DNA of 64,000 nucleotides from Calcarisporiella thermophila CBS 279.70 (taxonomy: Eukaryota; Fungi; Calcarisporiellomycota): the NCBI RefSeq assembly GCF_041956535.1, contig NW_027192214.1, positions 287,205 through 351,204 on the forward strand. Direction: 5' to 3'. The position numbers were made by a program, and so were the translations under genes. The notes under the pieces are model-generated. The model saw nothing but the letters and a program-made list of their open reading frames with translations. It was not told the origin of the DNA and searched no databases. Of this stretch, positions 12,499-23,639 are shown one piece after another (the stretch's first letter is position 1; every line of letters begins with the position of its first letter).

Positions 12499-14058
12499 AT
12501 GTGTAGAGTAGTATTCAAGTCTATGTGCCTCACCAGATACTCATTCCGCTACACTAAATATTCTTTCAGTGTATTATTTTCTCGATATTTTTGTAAGCCT
12601 CTCAATTGTGCTTTAATCCCACTTCAGTCACCCAGATTGTTTCTTCTCGCTGGCTTTCAAGATAGACTAATCCGTTCTGTAAATAGATCAGAAGAGTCTA
12701 TTTATAACGAGAGTGAACAGGCAATTCTTAAAGATAATAAGACTCGGTTGGAGTTTTCAACGGATCGGCTAGAATATAGACCAGGATCGTTCAAATTACA
12801 GTATTCCCCTTCATCCAATCTAGATATGCCCATTCATGTCGATCTCCAAGAACTGACACTCTATAATTCGCACTCCAAGAAACGTAAAAACAAGAGGAGA
12901 AAAACGAAGACATTAAACAAGGAAACTTCGGAAGATCTAGTAACCCGGACGGGCATAAAACAATTAAAGAATAGCAAATCAAGCCGAAACTCGATCTCTA
13001 AAAGGATGAGCCAATTGAATAATGAGGAATTTAAGCAAGAGCAACATAGATTACATCGGAAACAAATGAAGAGTTCACAGGAAGGGCAGAAAAGGCAAGC
13101 AGTTTTATCAAATGATTCGTACTTTCCTCTATTAAGACACGATATCGACACCCGCTGTTTCAATGTTCAACTACATGACAATTGTGGCCTTCCTAATCCG
13201 TACTCAAATAATTCAACTCATCCTGGTTGCAGCGATCACGAATCGGATCAAAAAGTACATGTATCAAGATCCGGCCCTTGCCAACCTCAAGTTAACATTT
13301 TTCCTGCTACGCTTGAAAACCATCCATCTTCTTCTATTACTCCAACTTCTAGTTATCTCAACATTGCCTCTCAATTTCCGGAGGAACTTCCCCATGGACA
13401 ATCAAATCGACTACTAGTCATTCTTGATCTTAATGGCAATATTATATACCGACCAGCAAAGAACAAGAAAATATTCCATTTGAGACCCTTTCTACGACCA
13501 TTTTTAACGTATTTATTTACACATTTTGATGTAATGGTATGGTCAAGCGCTCAACCTCATAATGTCCGCAAAATGGTGAAAAAAGCATTTGGCCCACTGC
13601 AAGCGCACCTTGTGGATGTATGGGATAGAACTCGCTTTAACCTTTCCGCTTACGAGTACAACCGCGCTTCCCTCACCATTAAAGATCTGGAGTACGTGTG
13701 GTCAGCAAAGATGGAGCCAATATCCACGCAGTGTATTGATAATATAGATGGAGACGGGAATAGGCAATTTTTGAAGCAGAATTTTGTGTGGAACCAGAGA
13801 AATACTGTTTTACTTGATGATTCTCCTGTGAAAGCACAATATCAGCCATACAATGCCATACATCTCCCTTCATACGATAAAGAATTACACACTAGTGGTA
13901 AAGATGAGCATCTTCGCAATGTGGTGGCTTACTTTGAGCGAGTTAGACGTCAAAAAAATGTCTCCAGTTTTATCCGATGTCACCCATACACACAGCAGGA
14001 GAGTTGGGGAGAAGTTAGTTCGGAAAGTATTCCCGGGTGGGTCGAAGGAAATGATTAA
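12499..14058 (+). CDS. FCP1-homology/NIF-family HAD phosphatase-like protein with long basic disordered N-terminus, intronless
   Basis: LLVILDLNG, RPFLRPFLTYLF, VMVWSSAQPHNV, KDLEYVW, NTVLLDDSPVKA..QPYNAI motifs. Start uncertain (ATG 12499 or 12523). Confidence 0.85.
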   Translation: MCRVVFKSMCLTRYSFRYTKYSFSVLFSRYFCKPLNCALIPLQSPRLFLLAGFQDRLIRSVNRSEESIYNESEQAILKDNKTRLEFSTDRLEYRPGSFKLQYSPSSNLDMPIHVDLQELTLYNSHSKKRKNKRRKTKTLNKETSEDLVTRTGIKQLKNSKSSRNSISKRMSQLNNEEFKQEQHRLHRKQMKSSQEGQKRQAVLSNDSYFPLLRHDIDTRCFNVQLHDNCGLPNPYSNNSTHPGCSDHESDQKVHVSRSGPCQPQVNIFPATLENHPSSSITPTSSYLNIASQFPEELPHGQSNRLLVILDLNGNIIYRPAKNKKIFHLRPFLRPFLTYLFTHFDVMVWSSAQPHNVRKMVKKAFGPLQAHLVDVWDRTRFNLSAYEYNRASLTIKDLEYVWSAKMEPISTQCIDNIDGDGNRQFLKQNFVWNQRNTVLLDDSPVKAQYQPYNAIHLPSYDKELHTSGKDEHLRNVVAYFERVRRQKNVSSFIRCHPYTQQESWGEVSSESIPGWVEGND

Positions 14059-15080
14059 TCGTGCTTTCGAAGGGGACGCCCAGATTAGCTTATTTTCAAT
14101 ATCCATACCACCTGGGTCCAATTCTGGTGACTACAACGTTTTGTCGCAACAAACGATTGAATGCAACCAAAGAGGTGTGCTTAAGCGCTAATCAATAAAT
14201 ATTATAATATATGTACATAAATTTTTAAGATTAATAAATATGTTATAAATATTCCACCAAAGTCAATAGCAATTCTCATGTACAAATCTAAAGAACAATA
14301 GAAGAAAATTGTTAATATATTTCAATATGAATAATAGAGTGATAAAAAATTATAAAAAGCTATGGGAATTGGATATTTTTGTATTAGCTTGTCACCTTAC
14401 AAATGTTGTGATATAGCCAGAATTTTTATGATCCAATATTTGCAACATAAACTCAAGATTAAGATTATAAGGATTATAAATTTGATTTTGTATTTAAGCA
14501 CCTGAAAGAATTGTAAAATAAAGGAGATCGGCCGGTTGATTGTAAATCTTATAAATCCTATAAAACTTGACTCTAGTTGAGCAAACTGATTGACAAAGGT
14601 ACTGCTCTCGGACTTGCTTCATATTTACAGTTTCTAGATATTTTATTATCACATAACTCATTCGGACAGCTTTGAGTTTAGAAGTTTAACACTTAAGCAT
14701 TTGGTTGACTATCCTTTTTTTCCTATACTCAGACCTTTCGGGAGACTTCATATTCAGCAAGCTTTGCTAGCAATGATAATAATATAAAGCACTCAATAAT
14801 AAAAATCAAGCTCATAGTAATTAAATAACAAAAATATATGATATAATTGTTTATTTTTGAACTAATTGAAGAGGGCAATGGATAAGTATTAAAAAACCAT
14901 CTCTTGAACATTTGTCGGGTATTCAAGACAAACACTTAAATTATTTGAGTCTCCACTGTGTAACCATTTTAATTTTAATACACTCTTTCTTGGCTATGAT
15001 TTTTGTTATCACTTCTAAACCGCTATCATTTATAATAAAGAGCAGGATCTAAGTAGTGGAGTATCGTATTAATATTAATC

Positions 15081-15664
15081 ATGTCCGATCAGATTGACAA
15101 CGTCGCCGTTAACGAGAAGAATGCTGTTACGAAAGCATCAACTGGTAATATTGCGTTTTGAAAATGAAGTATTCTCAATATAAAACGTATCGTGCAAATT
15201 ATTAGATGAGAATTCAGTATCTCTGCCCGAAGCAAAATCCATCTCCAATGAAGCTGTGAACATTTATGAGGAATCATCTACTGCAGATGTTGCAGACGCA
15301 GGAGATCATGGTAAAGGTATGAGCGAATTTTCATTATTTCAAGCTTTGGCCAAGCATTTGCTAATTCGTTTTCATCATCGCAGAACCCGTGACTCTCCCG
15401 CCCATCGAGGCAACTCTTCTTCCCAAAGGAGTAGACATCGTTCAACAAAAAGAGCTCCCTCAGAAACCCGATGAAAATCCAACGAATCCTGCCGGTGTTG
15501 CTGGTGAAATTGTTTCTGACACTCCTCCTGATTTACCCAACAAAGATCAGTTTAAACCGCAGCTTCAGGCGCCTCCTGTTCCACCAAAGGTCACAGAACA
15601 GCAGAGTGGCATGAAGAAGGTTGATTTAATGCGTAAATTAAAATCACTATTTGACAGATCTTAA
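15081..15664 (+). CDS. Small Pro-rich hypothetical protein, ~3 exons
   Basis: ATG 15081 (MSDQIDNVAVNEK), GT-AG introns near 15145 and 15318, joined to Pro-rich ORF ending at 15664. Confidence 0.55.
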
Positions 15665-15870
15665 ATGATTATAATCCGAGTTTCTTGTGTGTATTTCTTA
15701 TATTCTTATGTTGTACTGGTGCTTTCCCCTTATATTTTATGCACTCCCTAGTCTATTATTGACTCATTTTCATTTCACTGTTTTGATGTCACTCCCATTA
15801 TGTTTGTTCCACTCAATAATGATATTAAAAGATATTTACAATTTATTATACTGGTTCTTTTTATTTCAAT

Positions 15871-16910
15871 TTAAGCTCGAGCTCCCTGCTGCGCAGCAAT
15901 TGCTTTTGCACGCTTGGCCATCATAGCCTGGGATTTAGCACCCATGATACCTCCGCCCCAGTGGCGTCGGTTCTCCTCATACTTGTCATTGAAGTTCGAC
16001 TTAACGGCAGAAACGAGACTTGCAAACTCCTGCTTATCCTCAGGGCGAACATCAACAATGGCCAGAGCCGTAGCTGTTTTCTTGTGAACTGCTACACCCA
16101 AGCGAGCTTTGTTTTTCACGATGCAGTACGGGACGCCCATTTTACGGCACAATGCAGGGAGCCACACTACGATCTCAATAGGGTCCACATCATCTGCAAT
16201 TATCACAAGCTGGGCTTTTTTCGCTTCAATAAGTGCAGTAACGTGGTTGATACCATATTTAACTACATATGGTTTTTTCGATTCCACCTCCTTGCCGGCA
16301 GTCTTGGCTTCAGCAGCAGCCTTAAGACGCTGTCGCTTTTCTTGAGTTGTTTCAGGGCGGTATTTGTGTACAAATTTAAAGAGCTGTGTTGCTGTATTCT
16401 TGTCAAGTGCCTTGGTAAATTGATTAATTGCGGGAGGAACCTTGAGTCGCTTGGAGAGAATCCTCTTTTGCCGCTGCAACCTAACATACTCTGGCCATTT
16501 TACAAAACGGGTTAAATCACGCTGAGGTTGAATGTCTTGCCCTAATGTCAAATAACGAATCGTTAACAAAACTAAGTAAACCTAAGGAGGCACATAATGA
16601 AATTACCGATGCCGAAATTTTTAGGGCGCTTCTCAAAAAGCGGATTCTTAGGGGCCTTGGCGGCCTGCTGCTTCTTGATGGGGTAAGGTGCGGGAGCAAC
16701 CTTCTTAGACGACTTTTTGGGAGCTGGAGGCTGTCATTGAGAAAAAAACCCATGGTTAGTGGGTTCTTTGACTCTAGCAGTTCCCCCCTTACGGGAAAAG
16801 GAACTCAGCCTAATTTCTCGTGGTATCGACATTCGCATATCTTAATCGACTTAGGGTCGCAAGATGGTAGCGAAAGGATACAACGATAAGAAAGCATGAG
16901 TACTCACCAT
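15871..16910 (-). CDS. RPL8: 60S ribosomal protein L8/L7a (eL8); ATG-only first coding exon
   Basis: [14 protein letters not shown]|[28 protein letters not shown]; [12 protein letters not shown]; [16 protein letters not shown]; [13 protein letters not shown]|gtgagt intron 16907-16731. Confidence 0.98.
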
Positions 16911-16926
16911 ATTGCTAAGGATAGCG

Positions 16927-16942
16927 GGATGGATGGATGGAT
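16927..16942. repeat. (GGAT)4 / (ATCC)4 repeat in the pyrimidine-rich RPL8 5' UTR
   Basis: ggatggatggatggat ~16 nt upstream of the RPL8 ATG. Confidence 0.7.
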
Positions 16943-17084
16943 AGAAACAATGGAAGAAGAATAGATACCCACAGTCTGCAAAGAAGTTCTATATAAATAT
17001 TCACTTAGAGGCGCAGTCTATTGCTAAAAATTAGAAAATTAAATTGCAGCTCTTATTCCTTTCAATAATTCTCCGCCATAGATC

Positions 17085-18038
17085 ATGAGCAGAATCGCGA
17101 GAAAGCGCGTCTCTGATAAGCATCTGCATTTATTTGGATATGATTCTGACCCAGGTGTTAATTTTTCTTAATTTTGTCATTAAAGAAGAATATTTTTTAA
17201 ATTCTTTTTACTTGTTACATTAGATCCACTCTCCAAATCCAATGGAAATTCGCGAGCAGAATGCCCACCTTCACCCACTGCAAGTATATCCAGTATGAGC
17301 TCATCCAAGAGTGCTGGTATTTCTGTTTCTGCGGGTATTTCGCAACCAGTATCTGAAAAAAAATTGCTGAGTGCAGCTGATGGCTCTATGTCTATTCATC
17401 GCGATCAATCAGACAAAAAATCAACTCACGCTCTCTTACATCAGCAATCTAATTCCTCAACACAGATCACACCTAAACCGACAAATCAGACGCCTGAGCT
17501 TGCTCATAGACCTATCCCTATTTCGAAATCAAAATCTTCACCTACTACTTCTGGAGAAATGCCGCCGCTTGAGAGTTTGTCGGTGGCGGAAAATTCTCCT
17601 GATACTACCTCCAAATCAGTCGTAGTTGATGACGAGATAGCCAAACATTACAAGAGGAATACTGAAGAGATTATGCATTCAGATATTAGCTCTACGCCAA
17701 GTACCAGCCATATCTCTATTCCTTCCGCGTTAGTCGATAACCCAATGTTCTCTCCCCTTGTTATTGCGTCCCCCCCTACTGTAGCTTCCAATAATACCAG
17801 TTTCGATGACCGTCCTTGTGACGAAAATCCGTGGATCAATCCATTCGAGCAAACAGCTTGGATTATGGAGAAAGAAAAAGCACAATTCAGCTTGGGGGTG
17901 AAATTCTCAAGCCCATCTATCGGCCAAGAAGAAATGGGTAAAGATTCTGTTCGGCTTAGGTCTACAACTGGTACAAGCAATATTTTACAGGTGGAAACGC
18001 AAGATTTGGATGGGCTATGGGATAACCCTTGGACATAA
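17085..18038 (+). CDS. Ser/Pro/Thr-rich low-complexity hypothetical protein ending GLWDNPWT
   Basis: ATG 17085 (MSRIARKRVSDKHLHLFGYD), intron ~17155-17223, long ORF to 18038 with two NPW motifs. Confidence 0.6.
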
Positions 18039-18374
18039 AGAACTATTTGCTTTAAATTTTTTTTACTAATATTTACCATGAAAATGTAATAAATAGATTT
18101 TTTTCCATCACTATTACTGACGAATTCCTCATTGTAATCCCCAATTGTGTTACCCATTTGCAAAATTGATGGGGGTGCAGCCCATTGTCAAACGGATGGA
18201 AGCCATAGGAAAGATTTTGAAATTTTTTTTCGCGCTTTATTGTCGAAAGCTTTTTTCCAACTTTTATTCTCATAAATATTTTCATCTGCTTGCAAAAAAG
18301 TATTTAACATTGAACGTTAGCGCATATTGCTCATATATTTATTCTATTTTGCGTATCTATTTTTGTCTATAGCA

Positions 18375-19355
18375 ATGTCTGTTTCCGCTTTCAGTGATAT
18401 CGGCAAACTTGCCAATGACCTCTTCTCCAAAGACTATCCTCTTGGCGTGACCAAGCTGGAGGCTAAAACTGTTGCGCAGAATGGTGTTGTACGTATCATA
18501 GATTTGAACGATTTAATTGACGGATTTATATATATTTATTCATTTTAAGACCTTCACCGCCACAGGCGCTCAAGACTCAAAAACAGGAATCGTTCAAGGT
18601 GAACTCAAGACTAAGTATTCGGATGCCAAGAACGGTCTTACCCTTACTGAGTCGTGGACCACATCTAATGTTTTGACTGGTCAAGTGGGTTCAAATCCAT
18701 TAAATATTTGACTTAAATATCAAGATTAACAGTTGATCTAATTAATTCATAGGTGGAGGTCGAGAACAAAATCGCTCCAGGAGTGAAGCTCGATGCCACT
18801 GCTAGTTTTCTCCCTGCAACAGGCTCCAAGAATGCCAAGCTTGGTATATTTTATAAGGCTCCTGCTGTCCATTCTCGGGTATTTGCTGATTTGTTCAGAG
18901 GACCCACATTAACTGCTGACGCCGTCGTGGCTAGAAACGGACTTCTTGCCGGTGTGGAAGTCGCATATGATGTTCACGAGGCAAAAATTACGCGTTATAA
19001 TACAGCGGTTGGGTACTCCACCCCCGAGTACACTCTTACGCTGCACGCAAATAACAATTTGAATCTCTTCTCAGCATCTTATTATCATCGCGTGAACACA
19101 CAAGTTGAGGCTGGTGGTCGCGCTGTGTGGGACGCTAAGAGCAATGCCGCTGTAGCATTGGAAGTCGGCACTAAATACACCCTTGACAAAGACGCATTTG
19201 TCAAGGCCAAGGTGAACAACAACGGTATTTTTGGTCTCTCCTATACACAGGCGGTGCGTAAGGGTGTTAAGCTCACAATTGCTGGCTCCGTTGACACCGC
19301 TCGTCTCAGTGAGAATGCCCATAAGCTTGGCCTCTCGATTGTTCTTGATGCTTAA
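18375..19355 (+). CDS. POR1: Mitochondrial outer-membrane porin VDAC, 3 exons
   Basis: MSVSAFSDIGKLANDLFSKDYP; LTLTESWTTSN; SASYYHRVN; AKVNNNG; HKLGLSIVLDA. Confidence 0.97.
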
Positions 19356-19636
19356 ATGCACTATTAGATAATCGATTTTGTGAATAATCGACTCTGTTTC
19401 ACATAGCTCGATTATTGTGTAGTAAACCCCTATATACTCCCTTCAACTTCAATAACTGTAATCCTTTAGAAATAGAAAAATATTTGGTAAAGTTTGTTGA
19501 TGGAAAGTTTATGGTTCGAATAATATACTCGAGCAATATGGCCTTATAACAAGAAATCAACAAAAATGCTCTTGCAAAATTGAAAAAAGTCTCTAGAGCA
19601 ATATCAGATGGTGTATATTTCCATCAAGCCCTCCAA

Positions 19637-22450
19637 TTATTCCTCAACCCATAATGGGTGAGGCAGCTCGCGTCGAGGTTGTTCGGTTGTTTCAGTAAAG
19701 GTCGAAACAACCATTGAAGAAGCAGATGCAGTGGATGAGTCATGGTCTGCCGTAGCCGGTGGTGATATCGGAGCCAATATAGATACTTCTGCAGAAGTTT
19801 GTGTCTGTAATGTAGAGCGGGAACACTGTGCTGGCGCCGGGATATGCTCTTCGACAGTAACCGTATCAACAGATTTACTTGTTGCCTTTGCAACGATCTC
19901 CTCATCTTCTTCCCCTTCCACAAGATCTCCACTTAGAGTTTCTGTAAAATAGTGATCTGCTTTTGAATCAATCTCGCGCATTTCTCGTTGCTGTTCCATA
20001 GGTTGCTCCGATTGAGGTGACTTTCTTCCAAATAAAGAAAGCGAAGACATCATGCTCTCAACGTTTTCCATTGTAGCCTGCGAGAAAACAGTCGAGAAAG
20101 AACGCGGGCGATCAGTGGATAGAGGTGAGGATAATTTTTCTTTGTCGTTGCTATTACTACTAATTTCACTAGTAGAGCTTCCTCCCGTTGACCAGCCCAT
20201 TAATGAATCCTTTCCGCCGAACCAATTTCGCTGAGGAGGTTTCGGCTTCTCTGATTGAGGACCTTGATTAGATGCGCTGTAAGTAGATGTATCCGTCACA
20301 ACTACCGAGCCTGTTAATCCTTCACCCGCTACACTCCCAGGAACTGTTCCAGCATTCACCTCATCCTCTGTGCGACTAAATAACTCAGGCCAATACAACA
20401 CTTCCTTTGGATCAGGTAGTAAAACTATCGAATCTTCCTTCTCCTCGGGTGTGGGATTATATTCTTTATTCCTGAACTCGTCTAGATTTGATTGAACGTA
20501 GTCCCAAATTGAGAAAGTCCGTTTTTCAACCTGGAATACACTACGCTCACGCTCCGAATTAAAAAGAAAGGTCCCATATTGACAAGAGTAGAGATGATAG
20601 TGTAGTCGCAGAAGAAATGCTTGATTGAACTCGAAACTGGAGGAGAATTGTCTTAGCAGTTGGTATACAGCATCGAGAAACTGATGAAATATAGGGGCGG
20701 TCTCACGCGCATGTGACTGGCTCTTATACAGTTGGCTCTTCATTGTTGCAAGGGTCGTTTGCGATGTTGCGGGTATTACTGCAAAGTATTTCTCATTTGA
20801 GAGATGACCACATCTATCAGCGAACTTGTGTCCAAATGATACCCATTCTTTTTCTACCAATACTGCAAATCCTTCGATTGTACGATAATACGGATCAAGA
20901 CAGAGTGCAGAAAGTGCCGTCAACTGTGCAGTACGGTCCCATCCGTCTGAGCAATGCACAAGCACATTTGAATTATGTATATGAATGTTCCGAACAATGA
21001 CAAGTACGCCCTCAAGTATACTACTAATATGCTTTAGCCAGTTCGATTTAGATAAAGCGAATCTGTTCACCAGTCCGCCGATCATTTCTGAGCCTTGCAT
21101 GGCTATTCAAGATTAAAGAATAAAGACATATACACAAACTCCTAACTCCTAGCTTATGATAAGATAAATACCCTCTTCCATACGCGCTAAACTGTCTCGC
21201 ATAACGTGTATGTTATCGATGTTCATATATAATTTTTTGCAGTTCTTGTAATTTTCTATATTTTCTGTCCCAGCACCGATGGCCACGTTAGCCACAGCAT
21301 TTGCAGTGGGCCTTGCATCCACAATGAGATTGGTAGGCGTAGAACCGTATACAATCTGTCCAGCGGGAGCACGGGGAGCATTTGACTGGAAAATGGCCTC
21401 GATTAATTTTTCGTCTTGGATGGATCGATTTTGCTTTATTCCAACCATTGGCTGGCTAGATCGTGAGATAGAGGCCTATAAACAGAAAATTACGAAATGC
21501 ACATTGCATCCAGCTTCATGAAACTGAATAAGAGCGAGATGATTCTCACCTGATTAAACCAATGTAAATAACTCAATACCGGTATTCTCCCTTTACTTCT
21601 GAACTTAACGGCATAATTTAGAACATTATCGCTAATTTTCGATGGTACGACCAGAACTCTGGGGTATGTGGGACAGTACTAAAAGTAGTGTTGAAAGAGG
21701 TTGAGATATTAACAGAAGCGAATATGATCAAATTTCTCATACTGTATAGTTCCTATTGATAGTCGTGAATCGCCAAGCATCTGTTTTCGAAGTAACACCC
21801 ATTCGGGAATACTCCTTAAGTGGATCGTATATTTTCCAGCCGTTGTTTGTCTTTAATGGTGGAATAGGCCGATAAAAGAATGCATAGAGTTGCTCAAAAG
21901 ATCCTATTGAAGAGCGAGGCCGATATATTTATAACTAGTATAGGATCTATACAGAAAATAAGCTTACTGATGCATGTCAACTTTTGTACAGATTCAAAAA
22001 CATCAGCAGCCTCTATTTCTTGCTCCATCGATAATATTGAATATTTGAAGTCACGACAGCGTATATGGAGTGGATATCGCCCAGATTTTAGGTCATAAGA
22101 TCTCCGCTCCATGGTGTGAATAAGAGGATATGGAATCTATAGTGATGACATTTAGAACACAATAAACTAGCATAGTATCAGTGCAACAAAATTTACCCAT
22201 AGCTCATGATCTGCATTATTGAATATCAAATGATGTGCAGTCAAATGAAGTGTTCCTATCCAAACCGATTGAGCCTGCTCCAATTGAACATTATCCACCT
22301 AAGTAAATATAAGATACTAATCAATTAACTATACAAAATAAAAAGTTCATTCATAAGAGGATTTCCAGTTGCTTCTACTAAAAAGTAAGCCTTTCATTAT
22401 TTAATAAAAAAAAAACAAAATTTTACCTTTGGAATTTTGATGAAATCCAT
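19637..22450 (-). CDS. YMR1: Myotubularin PI(3)P phosphatase (Ymr1/MTMR6-8-like)
   Basis: Active site VLVHCSDGWDRT; MDFIKIPK|VDNVQL PH-GRAM start; PTYPRVLVVP; FRSKGRIPVLSY; LVEKEWVSFGHKF; PIFHQFLD. Confidence 0.95.
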
Positions 22451-22770
22451 TTTTAAAAAAATTCAATTAGAAAGAAGGGTTCAGGATATATTGTGGACTT
22501 ATTTAACGAAAAACGACGTTAGAACTTGAAGATTCTCCTTACTAATATAGAGTAAGAAGTTATCAAATAATCCTATACAATTTACCATTTAACATTATGA
22601 TTTCACACATGAGAAATGAAAAGTTAAATGCTGAGAAACTAATTTTACATATGTGACTTCGAAATTTTCAATCCCACTTTTTAGCGTGAATACCTTTATT
22701 CAAAAGGAAAAGTGCTTATATAAAACAAAGGAAAAGAAGGGAAAGAACTCTACTGTGTATATATCGTTCA

Positions 22771-23457
22771 TTACAGTCGGCGAACTTTGCGTGGACGGCA
22801 GCCATTGAATGGCACAGGCGTTCCATCTGTGATACGACGCACCCGCCATTCAGTATTCCCTACGATGGCTTTAAAAGCAGCGTCTCTACCCGGCCCAAAT
22901 CCTTTCATCACAATATGCACATCATGCACTTGCAAGTTACGTTCTGCGGCTTTTCCGATAAGTTGCATCGCTGCTTGATGGGCAGCTTCATACCCTCCTC
23001 GCTGTGCCTTACGGAATCCTGCTGTTCCACCCGAAGTACTTATCACTGGACTCCCATCACTCGATGTAAGGGTTATGATTGTGTTATTAAAAGAAGCATG
23101 AATGTTCACAGTATGTGATTGTGTCGTCGGGGCAGCCGGTGTATAGGAATTTTTTGCCGCATTAAGAAACTCGAAATTAAGCGCTGGGCGCTGTTTTTGA
23201 CGCTCAGCAGCTTGCTTTAATGTGGCTGCTGTTCCAGAGTGTTCCGCATCAGGAATAGAACGATTGCGTGGTTTGCGGCTGACAGTGTCGAGGATATCGA
23301 GGATGGCTAGATCGGCAGATTCTGCTTTTGGGGGACGACCATCGTTACTGTTAGTCGTTCTCCAGCATTTTAACAGTGGTGCCTGGATAGCAGATAGGGG
23401 ATATAGAGCCGTTTTTTGAGCGATTCGTCTTGCAGGTGATAATAATGCTGGCAACAT
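22771..23457 (-). CDS. MRPS11: Mitochondrial ribosomal protein uS11m, intronless
   Basis: HASFNNTIITL, GTAGFRKAQRG.YEAA, KGFGPGRDAA, DGTPVPFNGCRPRKVRRL; basic N-terminal targeting peptide. Confidence 0.95.
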   Translation of the reverse strand: MLPALLSPARRIAQKTALYPLSAIQAPLLKCWRTTNSNDGRPPKAESADLAILDILDTVSRKPRNRSIPDAEHSGTAATLKQAAERQKQRPALNFEFLNAAKNSYTPAAPTTQSHTVNIHASFNNTIITLTSSDGSPVISTSGGTAGFRKAQRGGYEAAHQAAMQLIGKAAERNLQVHDVHIVMKGFGPGRDAAFKAIVGNTEWRVRRITDGTPVPFNGCRPRKVRRL

Positions 23458-23639
23458 GGTCTAGATCTGCTATAAAAACGTTTATCAGTAAACAAATTCT
23501 GAAATTATAAATGGCTGTGCCACAATTGCTTTGTAGGACATAATTTATGTTAAGAATTTTACGAATCGAAAAGTTCCCGAGTATAGTTGAAAAATATATT
23601 ATATACACATTAGCTCTACAAATACAATATAAGGCACAT

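Noticed and set aside
15961-16515. Long antisense ORFs (here and at 17648-18163, 63167-63640 and others)
   Set aside because: Shadows of real genes on the opposite strand.
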